The position numbers and the translations under genes were made by a program. Positions 1-8,490 of a stretch of DNA of 64,000 bases are shown in pieces (the stretch's first letter is position 1; each line of letters starts with the position of its first letter). The notes below the pieces were generated by a model. That model was not told the DNA's origin and did not search any database. It worked only from the letters and a program-made list of their open reading frames with translations. Origin of the DNA: a virus; the IMG/VR virus record IMGVR_UViG_3300037461_001096, positions 1 to 64,000 of that record. One strand, given 5' to 3'.

Positions 1-1
1 C

Positions 2-124
2 AAAATGCGTAATTGGGAGACATGGGGCGATCTGAGGAGATTTCTGAATCGCTCAGACGTCGACGAATCCGTCCTCAGAGACGGGTTCGACCTCTGGTCC
101 GTCAGAGATATAATGTTGGCTTGA
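2..124 (+). CDS. Partial CDS (3' end) of a hypothetical protein carrying the shared C-terminal tag
   Basis: Manual translation from position 2: KMRNWETWGDLRRFLNRSDVDESVLRDGFDLWSVRDIMLA*; not in ORF track; followed directly by the intergenic element. Confidence 0.65.
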   Translation, partial: KMRNWETWGDLRRFLNRSDVDESVLRDGFDLWSVRDIMLA

Positions 125-193
125 TGATGGCCGGAACTGTGCGCCCGGAGAGCATATCCGATTATGCAGAATTCCAGATCGGAGATATCATGA
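122..193 (+). repeat. Conserved intergenic element, copy 1 (diverged)
   Basis: GCATATCCGATTATGCAGAATTCCAGATCGGAGATATCATGAATGCACAC aligns with GCGTATCCGATCGTGCGGGATTTCAGATCGGAGGTACCCTGAATGCACAC of the copy at 4701-4768. Confidence 0.8.
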
Positions 194-937
194 ATGCACA
201 CTGACATGAATCTGTTTGAAGCTGCTGAATGTGGACGTTTAGACGTTGTCCGATTTCTCGTAGAGAATGGGGTGGACGTCCATGCATACGATGACTATGC
301 GATCCGATGGGCTGCTGAGTGTGGACAATTAGACATTGTCCGATTTCTCGTAGAGAATGGGGCGGACATTCATGCATGTGATGACTCTGCGCTCCGGTGG
401 TCTGCTGGGAACGGACATTTAGACGTTGTCCGATTCCTTGTAGAAAATGGAGCGGACGTCCATGCAAATAATGACTTTGCGCTTCGATATACTGCTGGGA
501 ACGGACATTTAGACGTTGTCCGATTCCTTGTAGAAAATGGGGCAGACATCCATGCAGATAATGACTATGCGCTCCGATGGTCTGCTAGAGATGGGCATTT
601 AGACGTTGTCCGATATCTAGTAGAGAATGGTGCGGACATTCATGTAGATAATGACTATGCGCTCCGGTGGTCTGCTATGAATGGACGTTTAGACGTTGTC
701 CGATATCTAGTAGAGAATGGTGCGGACATTCATGCGGGTGATGACTTTGCGCTCCGGTGGACTGCTGTAAATGGTCAATTAGATATTGTCAAATACCTAG
801 TAGAGAATGAAGCAGATACATCATATCTTCTAGACAATGAAGGAAAACCAACCGAAATCGCAAAGCAAGTTCTTACGGAAGATCAAATAGAACAAGCGAA
901 ACAGCTATTCGCGGTCAGAAAGATCATGACTGACTGA
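194..937 (+). CDS. Ankyrin-repeat protein with conserved C-terminal tag
   Basis: About 7 tandem 30-aa repeats GADIHAxxDxALRWxAxNGHLDVVRFLVEN; ends QAKQLFAVRKIMTD. Confidence 0.95.
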   Translation: MHTDMNLFEAAECGRLDVVRFLVENGVDVHAYDDYAIRWAAECGQLDIVRFLVENGADIHACDDSALRWSAGNGHLDVVRFLVENGADVHANNDFALRYTAGNGHLDVVRFLVENGADIHADNDYALRWSARDGHLDVVRYLVENGADIHVDNDYALRWSAMNGRLDVVRYLVENGADIHAGDDFALRWTAVNGQLDIVKYLVENEADTSYLLDNEGKPTEIAKQVLTEDQIEQAKQLFAVRKIMTD

Positions 938-994
938 TGGTGACCGTGGGACCCTGCACATATCCGATCGTAACAAAAAGATCATAGGACATAA
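935..994 (+). repeat. Conserved intergenic element, copy 2
   Basis: TGATGGTGACCGTGGGACCCTGCACATATCCGATCGTAAC, starting at the ankyrin stop codon. Confidence 0.75.
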
Positions 995-1816
995 ATGAAC
1001 TTGATTGAGGCTGCCAAAAACGGACATTTAGATGTTGTTCAGTTTCTCATAAGAAATGGGGCAGACATCCATGCAGATAATGACCTTGCGCTCCGGTTGG
1101 CCGCTGAAAATGGACATTTAGAGACTGTCCGATTCCTCGTAGAGAATGGTGCGGACATCCATGCAGATAATGACCTTGCGCTCCGATGGTCTGCTGAAAA
1201 AGGGCGTTTAGATGTTATCCAATATCTCATAGAGAAGGGGGCAGACATCCATGCAGATAATGACCAGGCGCTCCGGTGGGCTGCTGAAAAGGGACATTTA
1301 TATGTTGTACGATCTCTCGTAGAGAATGGGGCAGACATCCATGCAGATAATGACTATGCGCTCCGGTTGGCTGCTAAATATGGTCATTTAGACGTTGTCC
1401 AATTCCTTATAGAAAATGGTGCGGATATCCATACATATGATGACTCTGCGCTCTGGTTTGCTGCTGTAAATGGGCATTTAAACATTATACAATATCTAGT
1501 AGAAAATGGAGCTGATATTAATGCAAATAATGACTGTGCGCTCCGATGGTCTGCTTGGGAAGGGCATTTAGACGTTGTCCGATTTCTCGTAGAGAATGGA
1601 GCAAATGTCCATGCATATGATGACTCTGCACTCCGACGGTCTGCCGGAAATGAACGTTTAGACGTTGTCCGATGTCTAATAGAGAATGGCGCGGACACGT
1701 CATGTCTTCTGAATGAAAAAGGTAACCCGACTAAAATTGCAAAGCAAGTCCTTACGAAAGATCAGATAAAACAAGCGAAACAACTTTTTGCAGTAAGAAA
1801 GGTTATGACTGATTGA
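995..1816 (+). CDS. Ankyrin-repeat protein with conserved C-terminal tag
   Basis: About 8 ankyrin repeats; ends QAKQLFAVRKVMTD. Confidence 0.95.
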   Translation: MNLIEAAKNGHLDVVQFLIRNGADIHADNDLALRLAAENGHLETVRFLVENGADIHADNDLALRWSAEKGRLDVIQYLIEKGADIHADNDQALRWAAEKGHLYVVRSLVENGADIHADNDYALRLAAKYGHLDVVQFLIENGADIHTYDDSALWFAAVNGHLNIIQYLVENGADINANNDCALRWSAWEGHLDVVRFLVENGANVHAYDDSALRRSAGNERLDVVRCLIENGADTSCLLNEKGNPTKIAKQVLTKDQIKQAKQLFAVRKVMTD

Positions 1817-1873
1817 CGATGACTGTGGGATCTCGCGCGTATTCGATCGTAACAAAACGGTAATAGGTCAAAA
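1814..1873 (+). repeat. Conserved intergenic element, copy 3
   Basis: TGACGATGACTGTGGGATCTCGCGCGTATTCGATCGTAAC. Confidence 0.75.
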
Positions 1874-2062
1874 ATGAACTTGATTGAAGCTTCCAGAAAT
1901 GGACATTTAGATATCGTCAGATATCTAGTGATGGATGGGGTGGACATTCATGCAGATTATGACTGGGCGGTCCAGTTGGCTGCTGAACATGAATATTTAA
2001 ATGCACACGTGTTAACGTCACCATCGATCTGCCGCGACGAAGCGCGGCTCGAGGAGGCATAA
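1874..2062 (+). pseudogene. Ankyrin gene truncated after ~1.5 repeats by the high-GC insertion
   Basis: MNLIEASRNGHLDIVRYLVMDGVDIHADYDWAVQLAAEHEYLN, then an abrupt switch to non-ankyrin, GC-rich sequence at ~2001. Confidence 0.8.
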
Positions 2063-2862
2063 TGGATCCATCGACGAACTATTACGCCAACGCGCGACAA
2101 GTCATGGTCCCCCTAGTGAGGCGAGACTCCATTGGGGCTAGCCATCACGTGCTCACGTTCGAGTACGAGACGCCGCTCGAGGCGCAGGCAGGCCAGTTTG
2201 CCATGGTGCGAGGCGCGCTGTGGGGTGAGACCCCGTTTCTGCCACGGCCCATGAGCTTGCTTACCGCCGGCAAGCGGCCTTCGATCCTGGTGAAGGTCGT
2301 GGGCGACGGCACGCGACGTATGGCTGCGAGCGAACCGGGCGATCTGTTCTCGGTGCTTGCGCCGCTTGGTAAACCTTGGTCGCCTTGTCCCAAGGACCGC
2401 ATTCCAGTGCTGGTGGCTGGTGGTGTGGGTGTCTGTCCGCTGCTGTTCTTGGCGCGAACTCTCGCCGCGCAAGGCCAGCGACCCATCGCCCTGTACGGCG
2501 GTCGATGCTCATCAGAGCTCGCGCTCGAAGATGAACTTGGCGAGACAAGCGAAATGCGTATCACCACTGAGGACGGAAGTCTTGGGGAAATGGGGCTGGT
2601 CACCATTGCTCTGCAGAAGGCGTTGGTCGAAACTCAAGGCCGGGCGAAGATCTATGCGTGCGGGCCGCAGAGGATGATGGCAAACGTCGTTGCAATGGCG
2701 CGCGCCGCGCGGGTACAGTGCGAAATATCGCTCGAGACTGTGATGGCGTGCGGTTATGGCGCGTGCCTTGGATGTGCAGTGCACAAGAATGGTGGTGGAT
2801 TCCTGTACGCGTGCTCCGACGGCGCGTGTGTGGACGCAGCACTCATTGACTGGGAGAAGTGA
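2062..2862 (+). CDS. pyrK: Dihydroorotate dehydrogenase electron transfer subunit
   Basis: GQFAMV, RPMS flavin motif, AGGVGVCP, YACGPxxM, and the 2Fe-2S motif MACGYGACLGC...C; adjacent to pyrD. Confidence 0.92.
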   Translation: MDPSTNYYANARQVMVPLVRRDSIGASHHVLTFEYETPLEAQAGQFAMVRGALWGETPFLPRPMSLLTAGKRPSILVKVVGDGTRRMAASEPGDLFSVLAPLGKPWSPCPKDRIPVLVAGGVGVCPLLFLARTLAAQGQRPIALYGGRCSSELALEDELGETSEMRITTEDGSLGEMGLVTIALQKALVETQGRAKIYACGPQRMMANVVAMARAARVQCEISLETVMACGYGACLGCAVHKNGGGFLYACSDGACVDAALIDWEK

Positions 2863-3782
2863 TCATGGAAGTCGCCGACCAGCACGTGAGCATTGGTGAT
2901 GTGACGCTCAAGAACCCGGTAATGACCGCATCCGGAACCTTCGGCTACGGCCTCGAGTATGAGGGCTTCTTCGACATCGCGCAGCTTGGTGGAATCTGCT
3001 CCAAGGGTCTGAGCCTTCACCCGCGTGCGGGTAACCCACCACCCCGGATTCGCGAGACCACCGCGGGTATGCTCAACGCGATCGGCCTGGCGAACATCGG
3101 AATTGAAGCCTTCTGCTTCGACAAGCTCCCTCGTTTGCGCGAACTTGGTGTCACCGTGATCCCCAACATCTTCGCCAGCAGCATTGAGGACTTCGTGGCG
3201 CTCGCCACGCGTCTGAACTGCGAAGACGGTATCGCGGCCATCGAGGTCAATATCTCATGTCCGAACGTCAGCAAGGGTGGCCTCGAGTTCGGCGTAGACC
3301 CGGCCGCCGCTGCGTCCGTCGTCAGCGCCCTGCGCAAGGTCACCAAGCGCGCTCTCTGGGTCAAGCTCTCGCCGGAAGCCGGACGCCTAGCGGACGTCGC
3401 CAAGGCCTGTGAGCAAGCTGGCGCTGATGCGCTTTGTGCCATCAACACTATCCGCGGCCTGTCGATCGATCCGGAAACGTGGCGTCCACACCTGGCCAAC
3501 CGCACCGGCGGCCTGTCAGGTCCCGCCATCAAGCCTATCGCTGTGCGCATGGTCTGGGAGGTGTCTCGTGCCGTGAGGATCCCGGTCATTGGCGTCGGCG
3601 GCATCGCCACCGCTGAAGACGCCGTTGAATTCATGCTCGCCGGAGCGAGCGCCGTGCAGGTTGGCAGCGCGAGCTTCCGTGACCCGTTGGCCGCCATCAA
3701 GGTGGTCAAAGGCCTGAAGGCCTACTGTGAGCGCAAAGGCCTCAGCGCCTCCGGGCTCACGGGCAAGGCGATGCTGGAGTGA
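2859..3782 (+). CDS. pyrD: Dihydroorotate dehydrogenase family 1B catalytic subunit
   Basis: LKNPVMTASGTFG, NAIGLxN, EVNISCPN, VKLSP, INT, GGLSGPAIKP, GVGGI, AGASAVQVG. Confidence 0.95.
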   Translation: MIMEVADQHVSIGDVTLKNPVMTASGTFGYGLEYEGFFDIAQLGGICSKGLSLHPRAGNPPPRIRETTAGMLNAIGLANIGIEAFCFDKLPRLRELGVTVIPNIFASSIEDFVALATRLNCEDGIAAIEVNISCPNVSKGGLEFGVDPAAAASVVSALRKVTKRALWVKLSPEAGRLADVAKACEQAGADALCAINTIRGLSIDPETWRPHLANRTGGLSGPAIKPIAVRMVWEVSRAVRIPVIGVGGIATAEDAVEFMLAGASAVQVGSASFRDPLAAIKVVKGLKAYCERKGLSASGLTGKAMLE

Positions 3783-3784
3783 AC

Positions 3785-3897
3785 ATGCATCGGCTTGCCA
3801 TTCCGATCGCAGCACTTGGCGCCATGTTGCTCATGGGCTGCCCCGATAATGCCGTGCGCACGAACAATCCTGAAGACGCTGGGTGTAGTCCTAACGC
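3785..3897 (+). pseudogene. 5' fragment of a host lipoprotein gene cut at the insertion boundary
   Basis: MHRLAIPIAALGAMLLMGC has a signal peptide and lipobox-like LMGC; the frame runs into the intergenic element. Confidence 0.6.
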
Positions 3898-3950
3898 CGC
3901 GCCCGCCCGCACGTATCCGATCGTGCGGTTGGGCGCGATCGCCACCGTCA
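3898..3950. repeat. Hybrid copy of the intergenic element with inverted core
   Basis: CGCGCCC-gc-CCGCACG-TATCCGAT-CGTGCGG-tt-GGGCGCG inverted repeat (3898-3937); the core is the reverse complement of ATCGGATA in the sister copies. Confidence 0.85.
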
Positions 3951-4700
3951 GTCAGTCATAACCTTTCTGACTGTGAAGAGTTGCTTCGCTTGTTCTATTT
4001 GATCTTTTGTGAGGACTTGCTTTGCAATTTTAGTCGGTTTTCCTTTGGTATCTAGAAGAGATGATATATCCGCGCCATTCTCTACGAGAAATCGAACAAC
4101 GTCTAAATGTCCGTTCCCAGCAGACCACCGGATCGCAAAGTCATTATTTGCATGGATGTCTGTCCCATTCTCTACTAGATGTTGGACAACTTCTAAACAC
4201 CCATCCATAGCGGCCCATCGGAGCGCCCGGTCATTATTTGCATGAATGTCAGCCCCATTCTCTACGAGAAATCGGACAACTTCTAAATACCCCCTCTCGG
4301 CAGCCAACTGGACCGCCCAGTCATCATCTGCATAGATATCTGCCCCATTTTCAACAAGGAATTGGATAACGTCTAAATGTCCATTTTCAGCAGACCACTG
4401 GAGCGCACAGTCATCACATGCATGGATATCCGCCCCATTCTCTACTAGATATTGGACAACGTCTAAATGTCCGTTCCAAGCAGCATACTGGAGCGCAGAG
4501 TCATTATTTGCATGGATGTCCGCACCATTCTCTACGAGAAATCGGACAACGTCTAAACGCCCATTTCCGGCAGCCAACTGGACCGCATAGTCATCATATT
4601 CATGAATGTCCGCCCCATTCTCTACTAGATGTTGGATAACGTCTAAGTGTCCCTTTTCAGCAGCTTCAAACAAATTCGTTGCTTTGATGTTGGTGTGCAT
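3948..4700 (-). CDS. Ankyrin-repeat protein with conserved C-terminal tag
   Basis: About 7 ankyrin repeats; ends QAKQLFTVRKVMTD. Confidence 0.95.
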   Translation of the reverse strand: MHTNIKATNLFEAAEKGHLDVIQHLVENGADIHEYDDYAVQLAAGNGRLDVVRFLVENGADIHANNDSALQYAAWNGHLDVVQYLVENGADIHACDDCALQWSAENGHLDVIQFLVENGADIYADDDWAVQLAAERGYLEVVRFLVENGADIHANNDRALRWAAMDGCLEVVQHLVENGTDIHANNDFAIRWSAGNGHLDVVRFLVENGADISSLLDTKGKPTKIAKQVLTKDQIEQAKQLFTVRKVMTD

Positions 4701-4768
4701 TCAGGGTACCTCCGATCTGAAATCCCGCACGATCGGATACGCGCGGTTGGGCGCGATCGCCACCGTCA
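4701..4768 (-). repeat. Conserved intergenic element, copy 5
   Basis: Minus strand TGACGGTGGCGATCGCGCCCAACCGCGCGTATCCGATCGTGCGGGATTTCAGATCGGAGGTACCCTGA, includes GGAGG SD. Confidence 0.9.
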
Positions 4769-5338
4769 GTCAGTCATGACCTTTCTTACCGCGAAGAGCT
4801 GTTTCGCTTCTTTTATTTGATCTTCCGTAAGTACTCGATTTGTAATTTCGGTTGGGTTTCCTTCAGTGTCTAGAAGGTATGACATATCCGCCCCATTCTC
4901 CACTAGATATTGGACAGTGTTCAAATGTCCATTTCTAGCAGACCACCAGAGCGCATAATCATTATTTGCATGGATGTCCGCACCATTCTCTACGAGAAAT
5001 CGGACAACGTCTAAACGCCCATTTCCGGCAGCCAACTGGACCGCATAGTCATCATATTCATGAATGTCCGCCCCATTTTCTATAAGAAATCGGACAACGT
5101 CTAAATGCCCTTTTTCAGCAGACCATCGGAGCGCCTGGTCATTATCTGCATGGATGTCTGCCCCCTTCTCTATGAGATATTGGATAACATCTAAACGCCC
5201 TTTTTCAGCAGACCATCGGAGCGCAAGGTCATTATCTGCATGGATGTCCGCACCATTCTCTACTAGATGTTGGACAGCGTCTAAGTGTCCATTTCTAGCA
5301 GCTTCAAACAAATCAGTTGCTTTGATGTTGGTGTGCAT
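4766..5338 (-). CDS. Ankyrin-repeat protein with conserved C-terminal tag
   Basis: About 5 ankyrin repeats; ends EAKQLFAVRKVMTD. Confidence 0.95.
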   Translation of the reverse strand: MHTNIKATDLFEAARNGHLDAVQHLVENGADIHADNDLALRWSAEKGRLDVIQYLIEKGADIHADNDQALRWSAEKGHLDVVRFLIENGADIHEYDDYAVQLAAGNGRLDVVRFLVENGADIHANNDYALWWSARNGHLNTVQYLVENGADMSYLLDTEGNPTEITNRVLTEDQIKEAKQLFAVRKVMTD

Positions 5339-5406
5339 TCAGGGTACCTCCGATCTGAAATCCCGCACGATCGGATATGCGCGGTTGGGCGCGATCGCCA
5401 CCGTCA
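5339..5406 (-). repeat. Conserved intergenic element, copy 6
   Basis: Near-identical to 4701-4768 (one CpG-to-CpA change on the minus strand). Confidence 0.9.
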
Positions 5407-5786
5407 GTCAGTCATGACCTTTCTTACCGCGAAGAGCTGTTTCGCTTCTTTTATTTGATCTTCCGTAAGTACTCGATTTGTAATTTCGGTTGGGTTTCCT
5501 TCAGTGTCTAGAAGGTATGACATATCCGCCCCATTCTCCATGAGAAATCGGACAACATCTAAATGCCTATTCATAGCAGACCACCAGAGCGCATAATCAT
5601 TATTTGCATGGATATCCGCCCCATTCTCCACTAGATATTGAACAGTGTTCAAATGTCCATTTCCGGCAGCATATCGGAGTGCAAAGTCATCACCCGCATG
5701 AATGTCCGCTCCACTCTCTACGAAAGATCGGACAACGTTTAGATCCATCTGTTATGGACTTCTATAGAGGCCAGGAAGAGTTTCAT
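5404..5786 (-). pseudogene. Ankyrin gene with frameshift near the 5' end
   Basis: ATG at 5786 gives MKLFLASIE (like MNLFEAAE) but is out of frame with the repeat ORF 5404..5748, which ends LFAVRKVMTD. Confidence 0.7.
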
Positions 5787-5947
5787 ATATGATATATATG
5801 ACACATAAAAGGGATCGCATTATCCAATGTACCGCATTCTGGATGGTATCCATTTAGAATTATATTTATCGTTGCTATCAAAACAGCTATCATAGTGACT
5901 AGAGTTGCTGACATGAGAAATCCTAGAATCGTGATAATGGTTTTCAT
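5783..5947 (-). CDS. Small membrane protein (54 aa)
   Basis: MKTIITILGFLMSATLVTMIAVLIATINIILNGYHPECGTLDNAIPFMCHIYHI*; its stop overlaps the next ATG (ATGA). Confidence 0.6.
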   Translation of the reverse strand: MKTIITILGFLMSATLVTMIAVLIATINIILNGYHPECGTLDNAIPFMCHIYHI

Positions 5948-6031
5948 GACTCCATGCTCATGGATTGTCGGTGTAACGACGATTTCGTCTAACTGACATT
6001 TTTTTGATCTTTGATCTTGTCAACTTTCGAC

Positions 6032-6076
6032 AGCATGGTGTTTATCTGAGCATATAGTATGCCCAAACACCATGCT
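6032..6076. terminator. Intergenic stem-loop (possible terminator or regulatory hairpin)
   Basis: AGCATGGTGTTT ... AAACACCATGCT 12-bp stem with inner GCATA/TATGC stem. Confidence 0.5.
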
Positions 6077-6116
6077 ATAACGATATTCAGTATTAGATTT
6101 CCAACCACAATATGGA

Positions 6117-6437
6117 CTAATTGACATCCAGCGTACTTGCGTTGGATAATTCTGTTATGAATTTTTCAGCTGCCGCGTCATTGTCGAGACACAACGCAAT
6201 TGTGACCTTATATGTTGGTCCGCAACATTTATCCCCACTGATCCAGTTCATAACGCATACACCGTCCGTTTCCAAAACTTCACGTTCAAATGGAAGCGTG
6301 CACGCTCGCTTCCAGGCGTCGCACACCCTTAGTTGTGCTAAGTCTGTCAGGTCTTTCCCATGCAAGCCCACTGGTAGGTCGACCTCTGTGACTTCAGGAT
6401 TGATCTCTCGGTCCCAACTGAACACTTTCACCTTCAT
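6117..6437 (-). CDS. Hypothetical protein
   Basis: 106-aa ORF with AAGGAG SD. Confidence 0.7.
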   Translation of the reverse strand: MKVKVFSWDREINPEVTEVDLPVGLHGKDLTDLAQLRVCDAWKRACTLPFEREVLETDGVCVMNWISGDKCCGPTYKVTIALCLDNDAAAEKFITELSNASTLDVN

Positions 6438-6493
6438 CTTAACGTCTCCTTTCCGTGCCCAATACGTGTATATATACGCGATTCCCGCTATTG

Positions 6494-7105
6494 CTATTCA
6501 TTCATCGTCTTTTCCACGAGAACTTCTCTCCACAGAGTCAATAGATCTTCTTCAGAAATACAGTCCTCGCCAATATTTTTAACTATTTTATGTAGGGAAT
6601 CTTTTACTTGTTGTAGCTTTCCCTCCAAATAGTTGGCCCGGGCTGTGGCTTGTCTTTCTGTTAACTCAGGGTTACGTTTATTCAATACACTCATTACCCG
6701 AGCGTATAATTTATTGACTTCATCCTTCGATGTTTCTATTAGTAAATCATACAATGCGTCAGAAATAACTTCTTCCGCTGTCGTCCAGCGAATGCTGGAA
6801 TAGTCTATTATATCATCATAGCGATGATGCTGGTGTCGCATTTCTAGCACTTCTAGAATGAATTTCTTGCAGTCTAGTTGCACTTTTTTGCTTCTAATCC
6901 AGCATGGACTGCTGCAGTCAATTTTAACACAAATTGAAACGTTAATTTTCCCATTGAATTCGTCAATCTTTGAGTGTATTCTAATCTTTCTAGAAAGCAA
7001 GATTTTCTTCATTTGAAGTATATCAGCCGTACTTGGGTGGTTTCGAATCAATTCTTTAACTTCCCCAGCGTCAATGTTAACTTGTGTAATCATATCATTC
7101 CTCAA
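6494..7105 (-). CDS. Hypothetical protein with C-terminal tag-like end
   Basis: 203-aa ORF; ends SEEDLLTLWREVLVEKTMNE. Confidence 0.8.
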   Translation of the reverse strand: MRNDMITQVNIDAGEVKELIRNHPSTADILQMKKILLSRKIRIHSKIDEFNGKINVSICVKIDCSSPCWIRSKKVQLDCKKFILEVLEMRHQHHRYDDIIDYSSIRWTTAEEVISDALYDLLIETSKDEVNKLYARVMSVLNKRNPELTERQATARANYLEGKLQQVKDSLHKIVKNIGEDCISEEDLLTLWREVLVEKTMNE

Positions 7106-7166
7106 AACATCTCAGGTAAATGGTTGACTTCGTTAAGCTTTGAACTTCTTTTGTTAGAGTAAAAAT

Positions 7167-7574
7167 ATGGCAAACACTGTAGTACTACAATCAAGCATAC
7201 AATGGACTCCGCCTTCTGCCCCAGCAAATTCGGGTCAGTCGGCTTTTACGACCCAGGCGAGTTATAACGCTCAGAACGTTGGGTCCATTGACGTTCCCTC
7301 AGGGACGATAGTGTCCACGGAAATTGACATTCCGTTTGGATCCGTTGAAAAAGCCCGTGTTTTCATTGTCAAAAGTCTAATGACATCGGACGTCGACGTG
7401 AAGATTAATGGGTCAGCTGATCCAATTTTCTCCCTAGCCCCTGGTGGGAGCTTCCGTTATGAAGCACCAATTGACCCGTCCACTGGAGTCTACCCAATCA
7501 CGTCGGCCTCTATTACGATCCTTGTTTCTCCGACACACATTGAACAACTAAACTTTTGGGTGATGGGTGATTAG
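7167..7574 (+). CDS. Hypothetical beta-rich protein, possibly virion-associated
   Basis: 135 aa, S/T/P/V-rich composition typical of structural proteins. Confidence 0.65.
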   Translation: MANTVVLQSSIQWTPPSAPANSGQSAFTTQASYNAQNVGSIDVPSGTIVSTEIDIPFGSVEKARVFIVKSLMTSDVDVKINGSADPIFSLAPGGSFRYEAPIDPSTGVYPITSASITILVSPTHIEQLNFWVMGD

Positions 7575-7575
7575 G

Positions 7576-8340
7576 TTATTGATTCATAACCCCCTCTATC
7601 CATGAAGCGCGAACAATATCTTCAAGCATGCGAAGAACATGACCGTCTTTAATAAGCCATTTTGGAGCCATTCTTTTTAGATCTTTTGCTTTTTGATTGA
7701 GGCAAAAACTCTCTTCTCGCTTCGAGTCTGCCACGATAATCCATTCGCCGATTGTATTGGCGACTGCCTCGATCGCTCCATAGGAGGCTCGAACTCTTGC
7801 AATAGTTGCCTCAACTGTCTTGCGTTTTTCAGTAACCGGAAAAGTATATCTCCCATTTTGGATCCAAGATATGGTATTCTTGTTTACACGCAGTTTACCG
7901 ATTACGACCCCGTCCCCATTACCTATGGGTTCCATAGATAGACTCTCATCTTTATGGTAGATATAATATTCCCCGCACAGTCTAACGGGGTACTCATCGC
8001 ATTTATGTCCACCGTATTGGGATCTATACCCTGTCGTCAAATCTAGACGAAGATCCGCTAGATTTGGCATGTCATCACGACTAATTGGCTGATACCTTGG
8101 GAATCGGCTAAACCGAATAGCCGGATGTGTACCACTCGTAGCCCATCCAACAATTTTATTGTAATGATGATTTTGTTCCAAAGATTGGAGCGCCTCCTCT
8201 GATGCTTTCCCTAGCGCTACCATTCTACGGAGCCCTTCAACGGCTTCTGTTATGGCCTTCACGTTTGAAGTGTTATCAACAACATACGCTGGCATTTCGA
8301 TCGATTCTTTTGAGCATTCCATTTTATCCTCCGTTGTCAT
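7576..8340 (-). CDS. Hypothetical protein with C-terminal tag-like end
   Basis: 254-aa ORF; ends LRMLEDIVRASWIEGVMNQ. Confidence 0.8.
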   Translation of the reverse strand: MTTEDKMECSKESIEMPAYVVDNTSNVKAITEAVEGLRRMVALGKASEEALQSLEQNHHYNKIVGWATSGTHPAIRFSRFPRYQPISRDDMPNLADLRLDLTTGYRSQYGGHKCDEYPVRLCGEYYIYHKDESLSMEPIGNGDGVVIGKLRVNKNTISWIQNGRYTFPVTEKRKTVEATIARVRASYGAIEAVANTIGEWIIVADSKREESFCLNQKAKDLKRMAPKWLIKDGHVLRMLEDIVRASWIEGVMNQ

Positions 8341-8374
8341 TGTCGGTGTGGTAGCCTGTGTGATCGCTTGCCCA

Positions 8375-8416
8375 CCCGCGATCGGTACGCGCGATCGCGC
8401 GCGATCGCGGCCGTCA
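8375..8416 (-). repeat. Conserved intergenic element, copy 7
   Basis: Minus strand TGACGGCCGCGATCGCGCGCGATCGCGCGTACCGATCGCGGG. Confidence 0.8.
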
Positions 8417-8490
8417 TTTGAAGCAATGGCTAATCGATTTGGCCGAAAGTCTTTTTGATTTATAGAGACTAGAGATTATCTTCAGTTGAA

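Larger units (their letters stand above)
2010..3897 (+). other. High-GC host-derived insertion (pyrK-pyrD plus truncated flanking sequence)
   Basis: Visibly much higher GC and G/C third positions than flanks; interrupts an ankyrin gene on the left and ends in a truncated lipoprotein gene on the right. Confidence 0.85.

Noticed and set aside
75-100. GGTTCGA as a tRNA T-loop
   Set aside because: No cloverleaf arms; it lies within the partial CDS 2..124. No tRNA was recognised anywhere in the window by eye.
2113-3815. Long antisense and alternate-frame ORFs over pyrK/pyrD (and similar ones over ankyrin, sheath and pyrF genes)
   Set aside because: Shadow ORFs caused by high GC or repeat periodicity, overlapping well-supported genes.
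3889-3934. Integron attC site (TCCTAAC ... GTTGGGC)
   Set aside because: Only ~46 bp; the palindrome does not pair AAC with GTT, other copies lack the paired boxes, and no integrase is seen.
194-5748. Regular 90-bp periodicity as a CRISPR array
   Set aside because: The repeats are in-frame ankyrin coding units with no unique spacers, and no cas genes are present.
194-5786. Diversity-generating retroelement acting on the ankyrin genes
   Set aside because: No reverse transcriptase in the window; differences between copies are block exchanges and mixed substitutions, not adenine-specific TR/VR mismatches.
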